Both the position numbers and the translations under genes were made by a program. Positions 19,707-29,495 of a DNA stretch of 64,000 nt are shown here, piece by piece. Source of the DNA: Bacteroidota bacterium (lineage in GTDB: Bacteria; Bacteroidota; Bacteroidia; Flavobacteriales; Flavobacteriaceae); contig JAYNJU010000001.1 of NCBI GenBank assembly GCA_038110465.1, positions 215,544 to 279,543 of the forward strand. The letters are read 5' to 3'. The notes beneath the pieces were generated by a model. That model did not search any database. It had not been told where the DNA came from and saw only the letters and a program-made list of their open reading frames with translations. Every line of letters begins with the position of its first letter. Position 1 is the stretch's first letter.

Positions 19707-20235
19707 TTAATTCTTTTTTAATTTTTTTTTCAACAGCATAATAAACAGATTTTACTGTATTTATGTTTGTTTTTGTAATGTTGGATATTTCTTCAAACTT
19801 TAACTCATCAAAATACTTTAAATTAAAAATATTTCTTTGCCTTATAGTCAATTCTGAAAGTATTTGGTGAAATTTTAATGATATATTATCAGCATCAAAA
19901 TAAGAATCAGCATATAACTTTTTAGAGTAATTATGGTCCTCAGAATCAATGTCAAGTTTATTAAATTTAGACTCCTTGTTAAGAAATCTTATAGCTTCAT
20001 TATATGCTATTCTATAAATCCAAGTACTTAATTTACTTTTTTCTTGAAAAGAATCTATTCCTTTAAAAATTCTTATATATGTCTCTTGTAAAACATCATT
20101 TGCAGAATCGTGAGATAAAACCATTTTTCTTATCATCCAATATACTTTTTCTTGATATAAATCAACAAGATGCCTGAATCCAATATCTTTTGAATTAGGA
20201 TTCCTTAATAATTTTATTAAAGCACCTTCTTTCAA
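19693..20235 (-). CDS. ECF-type RNA polymerase sigma-70 family factor
   Basis: 180 aa with a region 2 (DVLQETYIRIF...STWIYRIAYNEAIRF) and a region 4 HTH (LKFEEISNITKTNINTVKSVYYAVEKKI). Confidence 0.9.
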   Translation of the reverse strand: MKEGALIKLLRNPNSKDIGFRHLVDLYQEKVYWMIRKMVLSHDSANDVLQETYIRIFKGIDSFQEKSKLSTWIYRIAYNEAIRFLNKESKFNKLDIDSEDHNYSKKLYADSYFDADNISLKFHQILSELTIRQRNIFNLKYFDELKFEEISNITKTNINTVKSVYYAVEKKIKKELNESL

Positions 20236-20294
20236 TCTAGTTTTTTAATTAGACCTTAAAAAATAATAAAAGTTTTGGTAAGTTGCTCTCTAGC

Positions 20295-20639
20295 TTACTT
20301 CAATGATTTGATTATAGCTTCGAAAGCATTCGGATTATTCATTGCTAAATCAGCTAATACTTTTCTATTAAGCTCTATGTTATTAGACTTAAGTTTATGC
20401 ATAAGTTGACTGTAACTCATACCATATTGATGAGCACCAGCATTTATTCTCATAATCCATAGAGACCTAAAGTTCCTTTTCTTTGTTTTTCTATCTCTAT
20501 ATGCATATAATAATGCTTTTTCAACAGCATTTTTTGCAACTGTCCAAACATTTTTTCTTCTTCCGAAGTAACCTTTTGCTTGTTTTAAAACTTTTTTTCT
20601 TCTAGCTCTTGATGCTACAGAGTTTACTGATCTAGGCAT
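20295..20639 (-). CDS. rplT: 50S ribosomal protein L20
   Basis: 114 aa with clear L20 sequence ([26 protein letters not shown]...). Part of the thrS-infC-rpmI-rplT cluster. Confidence 0.97.
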   Translation of the reverse strand: MPRSVNSVASRARRKKVLKQAKGYFGRRKNVWTVAKNAVEKALLYAYRDRKTKKRNFRSLWIMRINAGAHQYGMSYSQLMHKLKSNNIELNRKVLADLAMNNPNAFEAIIKSLK

Positions 20640-20646
20640 AGCATTA

Positions 20647-20844
20647 TTATTTTAATCTTAATTGTCTTTTAATATTATTTTCATCACTTTCATGTACCAG
20701 TCCAAAATGAGTAAGTCTAAGTTTTCTTTTCTTAGATTTCTTTGTAAGAATATGGTTTTTAAAAGCATGTTTTCTTTTAATCTTTCCCGAACCAGTTACT
20801 TTGAATCTTTTTTTTGCACTGGATTTTGTTTTCATTTTAGGCAT
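20647..20844 (-). CDS. rpmI: 50S ribosomal protein L35
   Basis: 65 aa with [31 protein letters not shown] typical of L35. Confidence 0.97.
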   Translation of the reverse strand: MPKMKTKSSAKKRFKVTGSGKIKRKHAFKNHILTKKSKKRKLRLTHFGLVHESDENNIKRQLRLK

Positions 20845-20858
20845 AGTTCCTTAATTAA

Positions 20859-21413
20859 TTATTTTTTTGGTGTTATGTACATTATCATTCTTTTTCCTTC
20901 TAACTCTGGCATTTGCTCTACTTTTCCAATTTCTTCTAGATCTTGAGCTAATCTTAAAAGTAAAATTTGGCCTTGTTCTTTAAAAATAATCGATCTTCCT
21001 TTAAAAAAAACAAAAGCTTTTAATTTTGCGCCTTCATTTAAAAATTTTTCTGCATGCTTCTTCTTAAATTGATAATCATGTTCATCAGTTTGAGGGCCAA
21101 ATCTTATTTCTTTAACTACTATTTTTGTAGCTTTTGATTTTAGAGCTTTATCCCTCTTTTTTTGTTCGTATAAAAACTTCTTATACTCAAGAATTTTACA
21201 TACAGGAGGAGATGCTTTTGGTGAAATCTCAACTAAATCAAGTTCTAGTTCTCTTGCCATCCTTAGTGCCTCATTTGTGGAATAAATCCCTCCCTCAACA
21301 TTATCTCCTACAAGCCTTACTTCAAAGGCTGTTATTTTTGAATTTATCTTATGAGGATCCTCTTTGATTTCTCTTACGAATCTCCTATTCGATTTTTTTT
21401 TCCTTATAGCTAT
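20859..21413 (-). CDS. infC: Translation initiation factor IF-3, initiating at a non-canonical ATA codon
   Basis: The track ORF starts at an internal Met ([12 protein letters not shown]). The frame is open upstream and encodes the conserved N-domain ([51 protein letters not shown]). There is no ATG, GTG or TTG between the thrS stop (21425) and this segment. An ATA at 21411..21413 gives M-AIRKKK... Confidence 0.88.
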   Translation of the reverse strand: MAIRKKKSNRRFVREIKEDPHKINSKITAFEVRLVGDNVEGGIYSTNEALRMARELELDLVEISPKASPPVCKILEYKKFLYEQKKRDKALKSKATKIVVKEIRFGPQTDEHDYQFKKKHAEKFLNEGAKLKAFVFFKGRSIIFKEQGQILLLRLAQDLEEIGKVEQMPELEGKRMIMYITPKK

Positions 21414-21424
21414 AACAAATATTT

Positions 21425-23374
21425 TTAGTTAATATTAAAACTTGGGATACAATCAGAAATTTCTTTTTTGATTATATCAACAAACTTGTCTATTTTCATT
21501 TCACCTAGATCTTCAGCATGATGCTTTCTCACTGAAACTGTATTGTTAATTAACTCATTTTCACCTAAAATTACCATATAAGGAATCTTGTTTAACTCAG
21601 ACTCTCTTATTTTTTTCCCAACAGTTTCATTTCTATCATCCAAGTGGGCGCGAATTTCGTGATTTTCTAAGATATTTAAAACTTTTTCACCATAATTTTT
21701 AAAGTTCTCTCCAACTATTAAAATTTCCACTTGAGTTGAAGTTAACCAAATTGGAAAGAATCCTCCAGTATGTTCTAAAAGAATTGCCACAAATCTTTCC
21801 ATACTTCCAAATGGAGCCCTATGTAACATTACAGGCCTTAAATCTTCATTATTATTCCCTTTATAAGTTAAATCAAATCTTTCAGGAAGATTATAATCAA
21901 CCTGAATTGTACCTAATTGCCAACTTCTTCCTAATGCATCTTTAACCATAAAATCAAGTTTAGGTCCATAGAATGCAGCTTCTCCATATTCAACTTTGTA
22001 GTTAAGTTCTTTTTCATTTGCTGAATCAATAATTGCTTTTTCTGCTATTTCCCAATTTGTGTCAAGCCCAATATATTTATCAGGATTATTTGGATCTCTA
22101 AGAGAAACTTGTGCATAATAATCATTAAACCCTAATGATTTGAAAACATATAGAACCAAATCAATTGTATTTTTAAATTCAGAGTCAACCTGTTCAGGAG
22201 TACAAAAGATATGGGCATCATCAACTGTAAAACCTCTTACTCTACTTAAACCATGTAATTCTCCACTTTGTTCATATCTGTAAACAGTGCCAAATTCAGC
22301 AAGTCTCAATGGTAAATCTCTATAGCTTAGTGGTTTTGAGTTGAATATTTCACAATGGTGTGGACAGTTCATAGGTCTTAACATAAAAACCTCACTCTCA
22401 TTTGGAGTTAAAATTGGTTGAAAGCTATCTTCTCCATATTTTTCATAATGACCCGAAGTCACGTATAATTCTTTTGATCCGATATGAGGAGACATAACCT
22501 TTTTATAGCCTGCCTTTTTTTGCGCATCTTCTAAAAAATGCTGTAACCTATCTCTAAGTTCAGTTCCTTTTGGTAACCAAAGTGGTAGTCCTTGTCCAAC
22601 TTTGTTAGAAAATGTAAACAATTCTAGTTCTTTCCCGAGTTTTCTGTGATCCCTTTCTTTTGCTTTTTCAACTAAATCTAGATATTCAGTTAAAAGTTTT
22701 TGTTTAGGAAAAGAAATTCCATAAACTCTAGTCAGTTGACTGTTCTTCTCATCACCTCTCCAATAGGCACCTGCTACATTAAGAAGTTTTATTGCTTTTA
22801 CTATACCAGTTGAAGGAATATGTCCTCCTTTACAAAGATCAGTAAAGTTAGAGTGAACACAAAAACTTATAGATCCATCTTCAAGCCCATTAATGAGCTC
22901 AATCTTATATTTATTATTCTCCTTTTTATAAAAACTTAATGCTTCATCTTTTGAAACTGATTTCATTACAAATTGATGATTCTCTCTCGCAAATTCAATA
23001 AATTTATTTTCAATCTTTGTAAAATCTTTCTCAGAAAAGACATCTTCCCCAAAATCAATATCATAATAAAAACCATTTTCAATTGAGGGTCCAATTGTTA
23101 GTTTACAATTAGGGTAATAAAATTTAATTGTTTGAGCTAAAATATGTGCTGATGAATGCCAAAAAGCTTGTTTTCCTTCATTATCATCCCATGTATATAA
23201 TTTTATTTCACCATCAGAATATAATTCTGTTTCAGTCTCACATATTTCATTATTGAAAGAAGCTGAAATAACATTTCTAGCAAGACCTTCACTTATACTT
23301 TTTGCAATATCGATAACTTTAGTTCCTTTTTCAAACTCTTTAATTGATTGATCCGGAAAAACTACTTTTATCAT
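21425..23374 (-). CDS. thrS: Threonine--tRNA ligase
   Basis: 649 aa with an N-terminal TGS domain, a second additional domain, a class II core ([11 protein letters not shown]) and an anticodon-binding domain. Confidence 0.97.
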   Translation of the reverse strand: MIKVVFPDQSIKEFEKGTKVIDIAKSISEGLARNVISASFNNEICETETELYSDGEIKLYTWDDNEGKQAFWHSSAHILAQTIKFYYPNCKLTIGPSIENGFYYDIDFGEDVFSEKDFTKIENKFIEFARENHQFVMKSVSKDEALSFYKKENNKYKIELINGLEDGSISFCVHSNFTDLCKGGHIPSTGIVKAIKLLNVAGAYWRGDEKNSQLTRVYGISFPKQKLLTEYLDLVEKAKERDHRKLGKELELFTFSNKVGQGLPLWLPKGTELRDRLQHFLEDAQKKAGYKKVMSPHIGSKELYVTSGHYEKYGEDSFQPILTPNESEVFMLRPMNCPHHCEIFNSKPLSYRDLPLRLAEFGTVYRYEQSGELHGLSRVRGFTVDDAHIFCTPEQVDSEFKNTIDLVLYVFKSLGFNDYYAQVSLRDPNNPDKYIGLDTNWEIAEKAIIDSANEKELNYKVEYGEAAFYGPKLDFMVKDALGRSWQLGTIQVDYNLPERFDLTYKGNNNEDLRPVMLHRAPFGSMERFVAILLEHTGGFFPIWLTSTQVEILIVGENFKNYGEKVLNILENHEIRAHLDDRNETVGKKIRESELNKIPYMVILGENELINNTVSVRKHHAEDLGEMKIDKFVDIIKKEISDCIPSFNIN

Positions 23375-23391
23375 AGTATTGGTTTAGGTTT

Positions 23392-23399
23392 CAAAAATA
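23392..23399 (-). promoter_or_regulatory. Candidate -7 promoter box (TATTTTTG on the minus strand) for thrS-infC-rpmI-rplT
   Basis: Plus-strand CAAAAATA, 17 nt upstream of the thrS ATG (23374). Confidence 0.35.
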
Positions 23400-23401
23400 A
23401 T

Positions 23402-23644
23402 TTATTTTATTTTATTCTTAGGACCTAATGTCCCATTTAAAATATTAGATATTCCTTTATAACCGAAGAAAATGGAAAAAATCAGAACTGTAGACCCAAA
23501 AATCAAAACAATTAAAAAAAATGGATGATCTTGATTGTTAAATGCTTGAGAAACTATTACTGGTCCAATGAAGCAGAGAGATATACCAACGAATACTTGA
23601 ATAAAACCTTTACGTAAGTATTTATTCATGAGAATAATTGTCAA
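23402..23644 (-). CDS. Small two-TM membrane protein, function unknown
   Basis: 80 aa with two hydrophobic helices (VFVGISLCFIGPVIV; FFLIVLIFGSTVLIFSIFFG). It overlaps the murQ 3' end by 23 nt. Confidence 0.5.
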   Translation of the reverse strand: MTIILMNKYLRKGFIQVFVGISLCFIGPVIVSQAFNNQDHPFFLIVLIFGSTVLIFSIFFGYKGISNILNGTLGPKNKIK

Positions 23645-24437
23645 TAGCTAATCGGATACTCTTATATTTTAAAATTAGTTCGTCAGCTTTATTTTCATCA
23701 ATTCCAAGTTCTTCCATTAAAATTCTTCTTGCTCTTTTATTTAGCTTAGCATTACTCATCTGCATGTCTATCATTTTATTACCTCTGACATGACCATCTA
23801 GAATCATTGAAATAGTGGAAATCATATTTAAAATTAATTTTTGAGCTGTTCCTGCTTTTAATCTTGAACTTCCAGTTAAAAATTCTGGCCCAACAATTAC
23901 TTCAATTTTAAAGTCAGAATATTCAGATAAAGGAGAGTTTTCATTACAAACAATACATGCAGTGGAAATATTATTTTCTTGACAATCTTTAAGTCCTCCA
24001 ACTACATATGGAGTAGTTCCTGAAGCTGCAATACCTATTACAAAATCATTAGAATTCACTCTATGTTCAACCAAATCTTTCCATGCTTGAGTCATATCAT
24101 CTTCAGCAATTTCGATTGAACTATACAGTGCAGGAACACCACCTGCTAAAAGACCTACAACCTTTTCTGGAGGAGTTCCAAAGGTTGGAGGGCATTCTGA
24201 GGCATCTAGAACTCCAAGTCTACCACTAGTTCCAGCACCAATGTAAAACAATCTTCCTCCAGATTTTATTTTGGGAGCAATATTCTCTATCAATTCAGCA
24301 ACTTTAGGAAGTACTTTATTAACTGCCAATAAAGCATTATTGTCTTCTTCATGCATTGCATTAACTAACTCTATAACAGATTTTTTTTCTAAATCTTTAT
24401 GATTTGATTCTTGTTCAGTTACTTTTATGAAATTCAT
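23622..24437 (-). CDS. murQ: N-acetylmuramic acid 6-phosphate etherase
   Basis: 271 aa SIS-domain protein with GAGTSGRLGVLDASECPPTFG and a C-terminal region typical of MurQ. Confidence 0.9.
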   Translation of the reverse strand: MNFIKVTEQESNHKDLEKKSVIELVNAMHEEDNNALLAVNKVLPKVAELIENIAPKIKSGGRLFYIGAGTSGRLGVLDASECPPTFGTPPEKVVGLLAGGVPALYSSIEIAEDDMTQAWKDLVEHRVNSNDFVIGIAASGTTPYVVGGLKDCQENNISTACIVCNENSPLSEYSDFKIEVIVGPEFLTGSSRLKAGTAQKLILNMISTISMILDGHVRGNKMIDMQMSNAKLNKRARRILMEELGIDENKADELILKYKSIRLAIDNYSHE

Positions 24438-24439
24438 TT

Positions 24440-25669
24440 TTAAATTGATAATTTTTTATCGAGATTTAATTTTAATTCATCTAGAAACTCTTGAGTAGTT
24501 AAAAAATTAGAATCCACTAAATCACCTCTAAAGACTAGCATAGCTAGATCTTTTGTCATTTTACCATCTTCAACTGTTTCAATACAAACATCTTCAAGAG
24601 TTTTACAAAAATTAATTAATGCCTCATTATTGTCAAGTTTACCTCTATGCATTAACCCTCTTGTCCAAGCGAATATAGAAGCAATAGGGTTTGTAGAAGT
24701 TTGTTCACCCTTTTGATGTCTTCTATAATGTCTAGTAACCGTTCCATGAGCAGCTTCAGCCTCTAATGTCTTCCCATCAGGAGTTACTAAGGTTGAAGTC
24801 ATTAATCCTAAAGACCCAAATCCTTGAGCTACAACATCAGATTGAACATCACCATCATAGTTTTTACAAGCCCAAACAAATCCACCTTTCCATTTAATTG
24901 CAGCAGCAACCATATCATCTATTAATCTGTGCTCATAAGTTATGTTTTCATCTTCAAACTTTTCTTTAAATTCTCTATCAAATACTTCTTGAAAAATATC
25001 TTTAAATCTTCCATCATAAGCTTTAAGAATTGTGTTTTTTGTAGATAGATATAATGGCCATCTTTTATTTAAAGCCATATTCATACAAGATCTAGCAAAT
25101 CCATAAATTGATGAATCAATATTATACATAGACATTGCAATTCCATCTTCTTCAAAATTGTATACTTCCCAGGTTGTAGATTCACCTCCATCTTTTGGAG
25201 TGAATTTCATCTCAAGTTTACCAGGTCCATGGGTAACTACGTCAGTAGCCCTATATTGATCACCAAAGGCATGTCTTCCAATACATATTGGTCTTGACCA
25301 ACCTTGAACATATCTTGGAATTGATCTACATATAATAGGCTCTCTAAATACAGTTCCACCAACAATATTTCTAATTGTTCCGTTAGGTGATTTATACATT
25401 CTGCCTAGTGAAAATTCTTCAACTCTTTGTTCGTCAGGAGTTATAGTAGCACATTTAATTCCTACATTATACTCCTTAATGGCATTAGCTGCATCAATTG
25501 TAATTTGATCATTAGTTTTATCTCTAGATTCAATACCTAAGTCATAATATTTAATATCAAGATCTAGATAGTCTAGAATTAGTTTTTCTTTAATAAACTT
25601 CCAGATTATTCTAGCCATTTCATCCCCGTCAATTTCAACAATGGGATTGGCTACTTTGATTTTTGACAT
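24440..25669 (-). CDS. icd: NADP-dependent isocitrate dehydrogenase, homodimeric eukaryote-like (subfamily II) type
   Basis: 409 aa. [23 protein letters not shown]...[11 protein letters not shown] and NYDGDVQSD segments characteristic of IDH1/2-like enzymes. Confidence 0.95.
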   Translation of the reverse strand: MSKIKVANPIVEIDGDEMARIIWKFIKEKLILDYLDLDIKYYDLGIESRDKTNDQITIDAANAIKEYNVGIKCATITPDEQRVEEFSLGRMYKSPNGTIRNIVGGTVFREPIICRSIPRYVQGWSRPICIGRHAFGDQYRATDVVTHGPGKLEMKFTPKDGGESTTWEVYNFEEDGIAMSMYNIDSSIYGFARSCMNMALNKRWPLYLSTKNTILKAYDGRFKDIFQEVFDREFKEKFEDENITYEHRLIDDMVAAAIKWKGGFVWACKNYDGDVQSDVVAQGFGSLGLMTSTLVTPDGKTLEAEAAHGTVTRHYRRHQKGEQTSTNPIASIFAWTRGLMHRGKLDNNEALINFCKTLEDVCIETVEDGKMTKDLAMLVFRGDLVDSNFLTTQEFLDELKLNLDKKLSI

Positions 25670-25674
25670 AGAAT

Positions 25675-26019
25675 TTAAACTTCTTTTATCCTAGCTTTTT
25701 TACCACGAAGTTCTCTAAAGTAAAATATTCTTGATTGTCTTACTTTACCTTTTTTATTTACTTCAATTTTCTGTAAAGCAGGCATGTTAAATGGGAAAAT
25801 TCTCTCAACACCAACTGTACCAGACATTTTTCTAATTGTAAAAGTCTTAGATTGACCCCTACCTTTAATTTGTATTACTACGCCTTTGAAAAATTGAGTT
25901 CTAACTTTATCCCCCTCTCTAATTTCATAATAAACAGTAATGGTATCTCCTGATGAAAATGAAGGAAAATCTTTTTTTGTTATTAATTTTTCTTGAACTA
26001 AGTTAATTACAGCATCCAT
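25675..26019 (-). CDS. rplS: 50S ribosomal protein L19
   Basis: 114 aa with typical L19 sequence ([29 protein letters not shown]), downstream of trmD. Confidence 0.97.
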   Translation of the reverse strand: MDAVINLVQEKLITKKDFPSFSSGDTITVYYEIREGDKVRTQFFKGVVIQIKGRGQSKTFTIRKMSGTVGVERIFPFNMPALQKIEVNKKGKVRQSRIFYFRELRGKKARIKEV

Positions 26020-26059
26020 TGAAAAAATATTTTAATAATAGTTTGATTTCAAACAGCTG

Positions 26060-26067
26060 CAAAAATA
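26060..26067 (-). promoter_or_regulatory. Candidate -7 promoter box (TATTTTTG on the minus strand) upstream of rplS
   Basis: Plus-strand CAAAAATA, 40 nt upstream of the rplS ATG (26019). Confidence 0.3.
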
Positions 26068-26074
26068 AAACTTT

Positions 26075-26755
26075 TTATTCATAATCAAAAAGATTTGGCC
26101 TAAGTAATTTAGTTCTTTCAATAGATTTTTTATCATTCCATTCTTGAATATCTTTTTTATTACCAGACAACAAAACTTTTGGAACTTTTAGACCTTTGTA
26201 GACCTCTGGTCTAGTGTAAATAGGAGGTGAGACTAGACTATCTTGAAAAGTATCTGTTAAAGCGGAGGATTCATCCCCTAGAATTCCTGGTTGAAGCCTA
26301 ATTATTGAATCACAAAGAACTGCTGCAGGTAGTTCTCCACCTGAAACAACATAATCTCCAATTGAAATCTCCTTAGTAACAATATGATCTCTAACTCTAT
26401 GATCAATTCCTTTATAATGACCACATATAATTATAATATTTTTGTGATTTGATAGATAGTTTGATTCTTTTTGATTTAATAAACTACCATCAGGAGTTAG
26501 GTAGATTATTTCATCATAATTATTTTTCTTTTTGAGATTTTCTACACACTTATCTATAGGTTCGATTTTAATTACCATTCCAGCCGCTCCACCATATGGG
26601 TAATCATCTACCTTTCTGGAGTTATCAGCATAATCTCTTAAATTGTGGGTAAAAATTTCAACTTTTCTAGACTCAATAGCTCTCTTAATTATTGAAAAAG
26701 AATTTAAATTTTCAAAAACTTCGGGAAATAAAGTTAATATATCAATTCTCATCAA
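26075..26755 (-). CDS. trmD: tRNA (guanine37-N1)-methyltransferase
   Basis: 226 aa SPOUT-fold TrmD (MRIDILTLFPE..., SIGDYVVSGGELPA). Confidence 0.95.
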   Translation of the reverse strand: MMRIDILTLFPEVFENLNSFSIIKRAIESRKVEIFTHNLRDYADNSRKVDDYPYGGAAGMVIKIEPIDKCVENLKKKNNYDEIIYLTPDGSLLNQKESNYLSNHKNIIIICGHYKGIDHRVRDHIVTKEISIGDYVVSGGELPAAVLCDSIIRLQPGILGDESSALTDTFQDSLVSPPIYTRPEVYKGLKVPKVLLSGNKKDIQEWNDKKSIERTKLLRPNLFDYE

Positions 26756-27888
26756 CTTTGACTTTTCTTCAAAGTAACTTTAGTTGTGAGAGTCTTGCCC
26801 TCTCTTATATATTCAACATCAACTTGATCACCAGGTCTTTTAGAAGATAGGTACCCAGATAAGTCTGAAAATTTATTTATTTTAAATCCATCTATAGACT
26901 TTATTATATCTCCTTTTGTGAGACCTGCATTATCAGCTCCAAATCCAGGTTCGATTACATCAATATAGAAACCTTCAGTTTCTTCTAGATTAAGTTGTCT
27001 AGAATATGCAGATTTAAGAGCAACTCCTCTTACTCCAAGTAATCCTTTTTGAACATCACCAAATTCAATTATATCCTCGAATATCTTTCTAACTGTATTA
27101 CTAGGTACGGCAAAAGAATATCCTACATACCCACCTGTCATTGACTGAATAAGAGTATTTATTCCAACTAATTCACCTTTTATATTAACTAATGCACCTC
27201 CGCTATTCCCAAAATTTACAGCAGCATCAGTTTGAATAAATGATTGATTTTTCTGATCATACTCATTTAAATCTCTAGACTTTGAGCTTACAATTCCAGC
27301 AGTAACTGTTGAATTAAGATTATAAGGATTTCCAACTGCAAGAACCCATTCGCCAATTAATGTTGAATCAGAGTCACCAAAAAATATATAGTCTAAATTA
27401 GAATCAGTATTAATTTTTAAAACAGCTATGTCATTTAGCTCATCATATCCTATAATTTCTGCCACGTATTCCTTATTATTATTTGTAGTCACAATTACTT
27501 CACTTGAGTTTTCAACAACATGATAATTTGTAATAATGTAACCGTCAGGTGAAATAATCACTCCTGATCCAGTGCCTACTTTTTTTCTAGATTCATCTCC
27601 ATAAAAAAACTGTAATGCCCATGAATCACTATCTTTAACAATACTTGTATTCTTTACATGAACTACTGCATTAATTGATTTTCCTGCAGCATATGTTAAG
27701 TCTGGTAGTGAAGAAATATTACTGTAATTATTTTGATTTGAAAAAGTATTTAAAGTATTTACAGTACCGGGGGTAAAAACTACATTAGAAGTTTCAACTT
27801 TATAATCATTTTTATTAATACTCAAGACTATTATAGCAGTTAATATTGAGCATATAACTGAAGTTAAAATTATTGACAACCTTTTCAT
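26752..27888 (-). CDS. HtrA/DegS-like membrane-anchored serine protease with one PDZ domain
   Basis: 378 aa with an N-terminal TM anchor and the trypsin-like triad contexts TNYHVV, NDIAVLK and GNSGGALV. The C-terminal PDZ domain includes GLTKGDIIKSIDG. Confidence 0.9.
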   Translation of the reverse strand: MKRLSIILTSVICSILTAIIVLSINKNDYKVETSNVVFTPGTVNTLNTFSNQNNYSNISSLPDLTYAAGKSINAVVHVKNTSIVKDSDSWALQFFYGDESRKKVGTGSGVIISPDGYIITNYHVVENSSEVIVTTNNNKEYVAEIIGYDELNDIAVLKINTDSNLDYIFFGDSDSTLIGEWVLAVGNPYNLNSTVTAGIVSSKSRDLNEYDQKNQSFIQTDAAVNFGNSGGALVNIKGELVGINTLIQSMTGGYVGYSFAVPSNTVRKIFEDIIEFGDVQKGLLGVRGVALKSAYSRQLNLEETEGFYIDVIEPGFGADNAGLTKGDIIKSIDGFKINKFSDLSGYLSSKRPGDQVDVEYIREGKTLTTKVTLKKSQS

Positions 27889-27963
27889 AACTAATTTTTT
27901 GTTTAAAATTAATATTTTAAAATTTTAATAATTATATTTTAACTATAGTTTAACTAGAACAAG

Positions 27964-28467
27964 ATGAAAATTAGACTTAGAGCTCTAGAACCTTCTGATC
28001 TTGAAATAATGTATGATACAGAAAATGATGAATCCTTGTGGGTTTACTCAAATACTTCTTCACCCTTTTCAAAACATACTTTAAAAAAATTTATCGAAAA
28101 TTCTCATCTTGATATTATTGAGCACAAACAGGTTAGACTTGTGGTTTTTGACGAATCTAATTCTTATGGCTTCATAGATCTTTTCGATTATGACCACATT
28201 AGCAGAAGGGCTGGAGTTGGAATTATTATATTTGAAAAGTTTAGATCTAAAGGTATAGGTTCTATGTCTTTAAAATTAATTGAAGAACATGTTTCAAACC
28301 ACGTGCCGATGCATCAACTTTATGCTAATATTTCTTCAAATAACGTTGAGAGCATTTCATTATTCAAAAAAAATGGCTATAATGAGGTTGGATTAAAAAA
28401 AGACTGGGTGTTTTATAATAATAAATTTAATGATGAGCTTTTATTCCAAAAAATTTTAAATAAATGA
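27964..28467 (+). CDS. GNAT-family N-acetyltransferase (RimJ/SpeG-like)
   Basis: 167 aa GNAT fold with an RSKGIGS acetyl-CoA loop. Confidence 0.8.
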   Translation: MKIRLRALEPSDLEIMYDTENDESLWVYSNTSSPFSKHTLKKFIENSHLDIIEHKQVRLVVFDESNSYGFIDLFDYDHISRRAGVGIIIFEKFRSKGIGSMSLKLIEEHVSNHVPMHQLYANISSNNVESISLFKKNGYNEVGLKKDWVFYNNKFNDELLFQKILNK

Positions 28468-29492
28468 AGTATTTAAAAATTTTAATACCGATTTCAATCC
28501 TGTCTTTAATATTTGTTATTGATTACTATAATAAATATTATAAGCCCAACACATCATTCGAAGATGAAAGTATATTTCTATATGTGATGGAGGATGATAG
28601 TTTAGCTTTTAAGGATTCAATATCAAAATATATCAAATCTGAAAAAACTTTTTATAAAGTTGCAGAAAGACTTGAATACCTTCAGAATAAAAAAACAGGA
28701 AGATTTAAAATAGCAAAGGATATAGGAAACAATGATATTGTTAATTCCTTGAAATTTAATAATACTCCTGTTAATGTTACATTTAACAATCAAGAAAGAG
28801 TTGAGAATCTAGCAGGAAGAGTTTCAAAACAAATATATGAGGATAGCACATCTTTATTATCAGCATTTAGAGATAAAAAATTTCTTAAAGACAATAATCT
28901 AAATGAACAAAATGTTCTTTCAATTTTTATTCCAAATTCTTATAATATTTACTGGAACTCTACCTCTGAAGATTTTAGAGATAGAATGTTAGCTGAGTAT
29001 AATAAATTCTGGAATAAAGATAGATCTGAAAAAGCTAAAAAACTTGGACTTACCAGATTAGAAGTTATTTCTCTTGCATCAATAGTCCAAATTGAAAGTA
29101 GAAGAAACGACGAGCGTCCAAGAGTTGCAGGTTTATACATTAATAGACTTAAAAAAAACATGAGGTTACAAGCTGATCCAACTGTGATTTATACAATCAA
29201 AGACTATTATAAAAATTTTGATACAATTATTAGGAGGGTTCTTTATCGTGACCTTAAGTTAGAATCAGAATTTAATACTTATAGAGTTTCTGGTCTTCCA
29301 CCGGGTCCAATTACTATGCCTGATATATCAGCTATTGATGCTGTTCTGAACTATGAAAAAAATAATTATTTATTTATGGTTGCTGATCCAAGCAACAGAG
29401 GGTATCATCTTTTTGCCAGTAACTTGTCTGAACACAACAGGAATAGAAGGGCTTATATTCGCTGGATAAACAGCAGGGGAATCTATAGGTAA
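28464..29492 (+). CDS. mltG: Endolytic murein transglycosylase MltG (YceG-like)
   Basis: 342 aa with an N-terminal TM helix and a YceG-domain C-terminus (ASIVQIES...LQADPTVIY...NTYRVSGLPPGPI). Confidence 0.9.
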   Translation: MKYLKILIPISILSLIFVIDYYNKYYKPNTSFEDESIFLYVMEDDSLAFKDSISKYIKSEKTFYKVAERLEYLQNKKTGRFKIAKDIGNNDIVNSLKFNNTPVNVTFNNQERVENLAGRVSKQIYEDSTSLLSAFRDKKFLKDNNLNEQNVLSIFIPNSYNIYWNSTSEDFRDRMLAEYNKFWNKDRSEKAKKLGLTRLEVISLASIVQIESRRNDERPRVAGLYINRLKKNMRLQADPTVIYTIKDYYKNFDTIIRRVLYRDLKLESEFNTYRVSGLPPGPITMPDISAIDAVLNYEKNNYLFMVADPSNRGYHLFASNLSEHNRNRRAYIRWINSRGIYR

Positions 29493-29495
29493 AAG

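Noticed and set aside
20662-20946. 94-aa plus-strand ORF spanning rpmI and the infC 3' end on the opposite strand (also 21134..21367)
   Set aside because: It is antisense to universally conserved translation genes and is a shadow ORF.
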